From assembly GCA_028710495.1 (NCBI GenBank), contig JAQUST010000005.1, positions 1,476-65,475 of the forward strand: a stretch of 64,000 nt of DNA. The letters run 5' to 3'. The notes below the pieces were generated by a model that had not been told where the DNA came from, searched no databases, and saw only the letters and a program-made list of their open reading frames with translations. Source of the DNA: Clostridia bacterium (lineage in GTDB: Bacteria > Bacillota > Clostridia > Christensenellales > CAG-917). Below are positions 58,630-64,000 of this stretch, in pieces. The stretch's first letter is position 1, and the number at the start of each line of letters is the position of its first letter. Both the position numbers and the translations under genes were made by a program.

Positions 58630-60903
58630 ATGAAGAAAAAGATTATTGCGCTAATGTTGGTTGTGTGTATTATGGCAGTCTGCTTTGTAGGTTGCGATGA
58701 AATATTCAAAAAGAATGACCAGCGTGACTTTCAACAAGCCATTGCCACCGTTCAATACACTTCCACAGTAAATGGACAAACATCTACTCAGTCGGGCAAA
58801 ATAATGAAGGGCGAATTTGCTCTTTCATTCAACAATAATGCCTACTACTATGTGCAGTATTACGGTTTGACTTATTCGCAAGCCGGAACATATATCATTA
58901 ACTCACTTGCACAAAGAGAGCTTATGACCTTGTTTGCAAAGGCGTATGTTATCACAAACAATGTTGACGGACTTGAAATTTCAAAGCTTCCGGAGAATTG
59001 CACTGTTCGCGAATTATTGACAGCTGCAGAAGTTGAAAAAGCAATCAAATCAACAAACGATGACTTGAAAGAAGCGCTTGACAAACTGATTGCAGAGCTT
59101 ATTGCAGAAGATGAGAAAAACGCCGCTAGCACAACCACTCCAGCAGATGTTGTTGAAGATTCATCTGATGATGATGTAACATACAAAGTTATATTTGATA
59201 GCGACGGTGGCACAGCCATCACAACATTGAATGTAGGTGAAGGCAAGAGAGTTGCAAAACCTACTGACCCAACTAAAGATGGATATACATTTGGCGGATG
59301 GGAATATTTTGGCGGAGATAAAGACGGAGAATGGTTTGATTTTTCCACTGACACGATTTCTGTAAAAACAACATTGAAAGCAGTTTGGTATGAATACACC
59401 GAACCTCGTGCGCTTCTTGTCGCAGAAGAGGAAGTGGAAGAAGAGGAATTTGACCCGCTCGCTCCAGTTGCAGTTCAACCGCCATATTTCTTCTCAAGCG
59501 AATATCAATCGAGAAGCAACGAATATCTCACTTTTGAAGATGAAAACTACTGGAATTATCTTTCAGATGCTATAGCGCAACTCAAGAAAAATTTAGCAAG
59601 CACTTATCGTGATTATGATTATTATCTTGAATCACAATTAAAAACTGTGCTGCTGGAAAAATTTGAAAGAGATGTCTATGCGGAAGCTTTGACCGAAACT
59701 GGATATGCAGAAAAAGTTCAAGCCGAATATGAACGCGTTATTGCTCAAAATGAAGAAAGTTTTGCGATGTCGGACACAAACTACGAAACTGCTCTTAAAG
59801 ACTCGCTTTCTTCAACTTACTATCATCCATATTCAAGCACAACATACGGATTTACAAACAATATATTGCTCCGTTTCAGCGATGAAAATTTGGCGACACT
59901 TACGAGTGCAATTGCAAACGGAACAGCTACAACTGAGCAAATAAAAGCACTGCGCGACAATATGGCTCAAAATATGAATATTTTGGTTTCAAATCCTGAT
60001 TATGATACAGAAGCAACTTGTGATGAACACACTTGTGACGAAGACAGTACCTGTGACCCGATGACCTGCCCAAATCATGCTTGCAATTCAACTCCGGATG
60101 AAAATCTAACAGAAGATTACAATCATATGATTTCATTTGAATATAGCGCTGATGAAGGATGGCATGTTGCATACAATGTGACAGAGTGCGCAACAATGGC
60201 ATATCTCAAAACGGAATGGCCGGCATTCACAACAGACGAAAAAATCGGTGTTGTAAATCAAATCAAAGCAACCTTGGACGCAGTGGTTGCAGCAACATCA
60301 GATGCAGAAAATGCAATCTCATATACTGAAAGCATTTATTGGATACGCAAGGTCACAGAGGCTTGGTTGTATCTTGTGGGTGATGACAGTGGCGGAACAA
60401 GTACTGATTCAAACAACGGCGGACTCGGTTATTTGATTTCAGCCGAAGGTGAATCGGGATATATCAATGAATATGAAACGCAGGCAAGAAGCCTAATAGC
60501 GCTTGGCACCGGTTCGTACTCAACAAACGGAACAGTTGATGGCTTTTATGTTGTTGGAGACAATTGCATAGACGAGAAGACCTCAGATGTTAGCACAGCG
60601 TATGCAGGTATATTTATTATTGTTGTATCAGAAGTGCCTTATGATACGAACTTCTATACACAGTCTGGCGGAACTGCAACAATGGAAAACGGAATACTTC
60701 CACTTGATTATGTTGTTACAGTTGCAAAAGATGACGAAGACAATGTGACAATCTACGATACTCTATATGATAGTATTCTCGAAGGCAGAAAGAGCGAGAT
60801 TTATTCAATTCTTGTCAATCAGTTTATGAATGATAAACTCGAAGGACATAGCGGAGAGATAACAGTTGACGAAGATGTTTACAATGCATTCTTTGCAGGC
60901 TAA
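58630..60903 (+). CDS. lipoprotein with a Listeria-Bacteroides (Flg_new) repeat domain
   Basis: It has a signal peptide with the lipobox FVGC. The Flg_new unit is YKVIFDSDGGTAITTLNVGEGKRVAKPTDPTKDGYTFGGWEYF...TTLKAVWYE. The remainder is unrecognised and includes a Cys/Asp-rich segment, ATCDEHTCDEDSTCDPMTCPNHAC. Confidence 0.75.
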   Translation: MKKKIIALMLVVCIMAVCFVGCDEIFKKNDQRDFQQAIATVQYTSTVNGQTSTQSGKIMKGEFALSFNNNAYYYVQYYGLTYSQAGTYIINSLAQRELMTLFAKAYVITNNVDGLEISKLPENCTVRELLTAAEVEKAIKSTNDDLKEALDKLIAELIAEDEKNAASTTTPADVVEDSSDDDVTYKVIFDSDGGTAITTLNVGEGKRVAKPTDPTKDGYTFGGWEYFGGDKDGEWFDFSTDTISVKTTLKAVWYEYTEPRALLVAEEEVEEEEFDPLAPVAVQPPYFFSSEYQSRSNEYLTFEDENYWNYLSDAIAQLKKNLASTYRDYDYYLESQLKTVLLEKFERDVYAEALTETGYAEKVQAEYERVIAQNEESFAMSDTNYETALKDSLSSTYYHPYSSTTYGFTNNILLRFSDENLATLTSAIANGTATTEQIKALRDNMAQNMNILVSNPDYDTEATCDEHTCDEDSTCDPMTCPNHACNSTPDENLTEDYNHMISFEYSADEGWHVAYNVTECATMAYLKTEWPAFTTDEKIGVVNQIKATLDAVVAATSDAENAISYTESIYWIRKVTEAWLYLVGDDSGGTSTDSNNGGLGYLISAEGESGYINEYETQARSLIALGTGSYSTNGTVDGFYVVGDNCIDEKTSDVSTAYAGIFIIVVSEVPYDTNFYTQSGGTATMENGILPLDYVVTVAKDDEDNVTIYDTLYDSILEGRKSEIYSILVNQFMNDKLEGHSGEITVDEDVYNAFFAG

Positions 60904-60990
60904 ATTCAAAAAATTAGAACAGACAAAAAGTTGAATTTCAATTTCAAAATCCTTTTAAAACGAACATACGTAAGTTAAACAAAACAAAAA

Positions 60991-61013
60991 GCCCTCAATT
61001 TGAGGGCTTTTTT
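60991..61013. terminator. bidirectional intrinsic terminator
   Basis: GCCCTCA-ATT-TGAGGGC is flanked by AAAAA and TTTTTT. It overlaps the yabQ stop codon and also serves 58630..60903. Confidence 0.8.
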
Positions 61014-61594
61014 ATTGCGTTTTTTTTGAAAGAGGCAAGAATAAATTGTTCTGCTGCATTTTCCTTTTTTGGAAGCAATGATTTTTTTGGTTTTTTTCCA
61101 TTCCGTGCAACCAATCTAGTTTTTAGAAGTGCAGGAACTTTTGCATATGAAGCGATAAGCTTCTTTTTTGTTAAACCAAGTGCTTTTGAAAATTTATGGT
61201 AAGTTCTTTTCAGAGCGGCAACAAAGAGGAAGTCTTCAATTTCTGCATCGGGGTTTTGCAATCTCTTTTGCGTTCTTTTTGAAACAAAAACTTTGGGAGT
61301 CTGTGGAGACGCAAATTTTGGAACAAGGCGAGGAAACAGTTTCCAGGCAAAGAAAAAACCGGCGAGAACTGATAGAGGATGAAAAATCAGTATTTCGCCT
61401 TTATTGAGATTTTGTATGACAAACAAAAAAGCACATGTTATGGCAAGGCATAAAACTGCGTCCGCAATAGCGCGCAAAACTTTCACCATAGGCAATTGCT
61501 CGATCATCAGCCAAATTGCGCCACCGAGAAATCCAATGGCAACGCAAGAGATAGCTTGTATAATTTGTGCGATTGCCGATGCGCCAATAATCAC
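60995..61594 (-). CDS. yabQ: spore cortex biosynthesis protein YabQ
   Basis: It is a multi-TM protein that overlaps the end of yabP by 4 nt. The gene order yabP-yabQ is as in Bacillus. Confidence 0.7.
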   Translation of the reverse strand: MIIGASAIAQIIQAISCVAIGFLGGAIWLMIEQLPMVKVLRAIADAVLCLAITCAFLFVIQNLNKGEILIFHPLSVLAGFFFAWKLFPRLVPKFASPQTPKVFVSKRTQKRLQNPDAEIEDFLFVAALKRTYHKFSKALGLTKKKLIASYAKVPALLKTRLVARNGKKPKKSLLPKKENAAEQFILASFKKNAIKKPSN

Positions 61595-61869
61595 TTGAAT
61601 ACCTTGCTAAAAAAAGATTTAGCATCGTGAGGAGAAACATAGCGCAAAGAAGTGATATGCCCGTTTGCCGACATAGTTCCGCCTTCAAGGTCAAGTGAAG
61701 ATATATTCAGATTGTCTCCGCCAACCAGCAAGTTTTGATTTCCAAGCTCAACAACAATTTGTTTATCGTTGAACGTTGGAACATTTTTTACGCCACTCAT
61801 ACTTAGCGCTTTGTTTGAGTCAAGCCTCAGGCTGTGACTACGTTGTATGCTTTTTTCTTCTATTGCCAT
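61591..61869 (-). CDS. yabP: sporulation protein YabP
   Basis: The 92-aa protein has the YabP pattern ...HSLRLDSNKALSMSGVKNVPTFNDKQIVVELGNQNLLVGGDNLNISSLDLEGGTMSANGHITSLRY. Confidence 0.82.
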   Translation of the reverse strand: MAIEEKSIQRSHSLRLDSNKALSMSGVKNVPTFNDKQIVVELGNQNLLVGGDNLNISSLDLEGGTMSANGHITSLRYVSPHDAKSFFSKVFK

Positions 61870-62057
61870 ATGCTCCTCGAGAAACAGAACTTTTTGTCAC
61901 AGTCTATGAAAAAAAGCATCAAAATATAACCGATATGAGCTACTCATCAATGTGAAGGAAAAAAGAAATTTTTCAAAAAACTGAAAAAAATATGAAAATT
62001 ATATGTTTTTTAGTCAATAATTAAGTAGGTCAAAACATTTTATTTACGCGCGCGTGC

Positions 62058-62087
62058 TTGACTTATCTCACAATATATAACTATAAT
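62058..62087 (+). promoter_or_regulatory. promoter abutting the start codon of 62095..63378
   Basis: TTGACT (62058-62063), an 18-nt spacer, then TATAAT (62082-62087). The ATG lies 7 nt downstream and has no SD. Confidence 0.5.
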
Positions 62088-62094
62088 AAAGTCT

Positions 62095-63378
62095 ATGAAA
62101 AAAGTCTTGAAATGGTACAAACTTGACAATGCTGCAAAGTTGTATCCAATGCTAATCACCAAGAATTCGCAAAGCTTGTTTCGTATCTCCGTTCTTCTTT
62201 TAGAAGAAGTCAATGAGGGTCAGCTTAAGCAAGCGTTAAATGATATAATGCCCAGATTTCCATCGTTTGCCGTCGAACTCCGCAGCGGTCTGTTCTGGTA
62301 TTATTTTGAAGAAAACAACCGTCCTGTCAAAGTTTTCACCGACGACGGAATTATGCTCAAACCGATTGATGTTGCTCAAACAAATTATTACTGGTTTAGA
62401 GTCAGCTATTTTTCAAGAAAAATAAATCTAGAAATGTTTCACGCAATCTCAGATGCGGGCGGAGGCATGCAGTTTCTAAAAGCCTTGTTGCATCGTTATT
62501 TTACATTGGGCGGACAAGAGATTGGAAACGATAATGTTATGAGTTTGCTCGATGAACCGACTGAGAACGAAGTTGAAGACAGCTTCCAAACTCAATACCA
62601 AAAAACTAAACTAAAAGATATGGACTTGAAAAGTTTCACGGGCAAAGCACCAATGAATCTTACAGGCACTTTGTTCAATGGACAGGGTTACGGTTCGATT
62701 TTTGGCACGATGTCGGTTGAGCAGGTCAAGGCAAAAGCCAAGGAATACGGCACGAATTTGAATGCCTTTCTTTGCGCAATGCTTATAGTCTCTATTGTAA
62801 AAACCTATGGCGTCAAGTCAAAGCAAAAGCCTATTATTATGATGATACCTGTTGATTTGCGCAGATTGTATGGAAATATATCTCTTCGCAACTTTGTGTT
62901 ATTCACACGACTCACAATCACTCCAACAATCGATAAAACGCTTGAGGACTATATCAAAGAGTGCGATGAACAGTTGAAAATAGGAACAAAAAAAGAAAGT
63001 ATGCAATCTCAATTGAACACTACTGTGCGCAGTGAGAAAACATTAATTTTCAAACTTATGCCGTTGCCATTAAAATTTTTAGCATTTAAATTGGGCAAAA
63101 TATTCTTGAAATCAAGACAAACAATCATTTTTTCAAACTTAGGCAAAGTTGCTTTGCCTCAAAATATGAAGATAGACAAGATGGTTTTAGGAATAAATGT
63201 TGGAAGAAATGCGCCTCTCAATGCAGGTGCTGTTGCCGTTGGCGACAAGCTTGTTGTTTCCTTCACAAGAGATATTATTGAAACAGAAGTTGAGCGTAAT
63301 TTTTTCACAGCTCTTGTCAAACTCGGCATAAATGTGAAAGTTGCCTCAAATTTCAGGGAGGAACAAAATGTATTGTAA
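62095..63378 (+). CDS. condensation/alcohol-acetyltransferase-like acyltransferase (HxxxD)
   Basis: It has the N-terminal WYKLDNAAKLYP motif typical of the clostridial 'alcohol acetyltransferase' family, and the catalytic-type motif FHAISDAGG (HxxxDG). Confidence 0.65.
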   Translation: MKKVLKWYKLDNAAKLYPMLITKNSQSLFRISVLLLEEVNEGQLKQALNDIMPRFPSFAVELRSGLFWYYFEENNRPVKVFTDDGIMLKPIDVAQTNYYWFRVSYFSRKINLEMFHAISDAGGGMQFLKALLHRYFTLGGQEIGNDNVMSLLDEPTENEVEDSFQTQYQKTKLKDMDLKSFTGKAPMNLTGTLFNGQGYGSIFGTMSVEQVKAKAKEYGTNLNAFLCAMLIVSIVKTYGVKSKQKPIIMMIPVDLRRLYGNISLRNFVLFTRLTITPTIDKTLEDYIKECDEQLKIGTKKESMQSQLNTTVRSEKTLIFKLMPLPLKFLAFKLGKIFLKSRQTIIFSNLGKVALPQNMKIDKMVLGINVGRNAPLNAGAVAVGDKLVVSFTRDIIETEVERNFFTALVKLGINVKVASNFREEQNVL

Positions 63379-64000
63379 AGAATGTGGAGTAGAAATCGAA
63401 GGAGCAGCACGAAACTGTCCGCTTTGTCACAAATCGCTTGATGATTCACAAATTTTTCCTGACGTAAAATCTACAAGGCGACTTAACAACGCCACATTTT
63501 CATTGATATATTTGAGTTGTTTTCTTGCTATTGGCGTTTTGTGTTTGCTCCTCAATATTTTATTGACGGGAGAGCCGTGGTGGAGTTTGGGCGTTGTCGG
63601 AGTCCTTATCTACGGTTATGTCTTGGTGGCTGGAACAATCCTATCCAAAAGACATACAGCAACAAAACTATTTCTTCAAACAATAGCTGTTGCATTGTTG
63701 ACACTATTTTTGCAGAATTTGACCCCAAATATAAAGTGGGCGGCAAACTATGCCATACCAATTGTTTTATTGCTCGGAAGTGTAACACTTGGTGTGACTT
63801 CGTTGGTTTTCAAAAGAGCGGGGTCGTATATATTTTTTCTATTGTTCATTGCATTTTCGGGACTCATTCCTATAACATATTCTCTAATAAGTCAAGAGTC
63901 CGTGTTGTGGCCAAGTATTGCTTGCGCTGCAGGTTGCGGAGGAATTCTGCTCGTGATTTTATTCTGGAATATATTTGCAGGGAAAGGACTTCTAAAAGGC
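63368..64000 (+). CDS. zinc-ribbon plus multi-TM membrane protein; partial, since it runs off the window end
   Basis: It is not in the ORF track. The ATG at 63368 overlaps the upstream gene by 11 nt. It reads MYCKECGVEIEGAARNCPLCHKSL... followed by at least 5 hydrophobic helices. The frame is open to position 64000. Confidence 0.65.
   Translation, partial: MYCKECGVEIEGAARNCPLCHKSLDDSQIFPDVKSTRRLNNATFSLIYLSCFLAIGVLCLLLNILLTGEPWWSLGVVGVLIYGYVLVAGTILSKRHTATKLFLQTIAVALLTLFLQNLTPNIKWAANYAIPIVLLLGSVTLGVTSLVFKRAGSYIFFLLFIAFSGLIPITYSLISQESVLWPSIACAAGCGGILLVILFWNIFAGKGLLKG

Overview
This is a 64-kb chromosomal segment from a low-GC, endospore-forming Firmicute, probably class Clostridia. Sporulation markers present are sigH, spoIIR, sleB-ypeB, yabP-yabQ and yaaT/ricT. 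Content is almost entirely housekeeping. It reproduces, in scrambled blocks, the origin-proximal gene set of Bacillus subtilis: tmk-holB-yaaT, leuS, serS, mrnC-rlmB-sigH, tadA, a glmU-like gene followed by pth and mfd, yabP-yabQ, and a walJ-like gene followed later by rlmH. Also present are glmS, glmM, trxB, rubrerythrin, a small ferredoxin missed by the ORF track, a stand-alone tRNA-Ala/tRNA-Ile operon, an XRE-cupin/GH31 sugar locus, an ECF sigma/anti-sigma pair, two tandem CPBP proteases and four large lipoproteins. I saw no transposase, integrase, CRISPR array, phage module or recognisable defence or toxin genes, so I cannot point to a clear-cut novel system. The items most worth a second look are: (1) nearly every intergenic gap is built from locus-specific degenerate tandem duplications, two of which copy gene ends; (2) an uncharacterised three-gene operon (a multi-zinc-ribbon protein plus two polytopic membrane proteins) sharing a QPIVxPxAxVPYxxQxQxLLQY motif; (3) a 1-kb AT-rich islet at the 3' end of tRNA-Ile, flanked by 61-bp imperfect direct repeats; (4) glnS broken by a 1-nt frameshift and mfd broken by an in-frame TAA; (5) a GlmU-like gene lacking the N-terminal catalytic region, with a low-complexity tail that reads 239 nt into pth; (6) an ACGCAAG/18-bp iteron array between glmS (no glmS ribozyme seen) and a regulator gene; (7) two apparently leaderless genes. 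All functional calls rest on motif and synteny recognition by eye. No database search was run.
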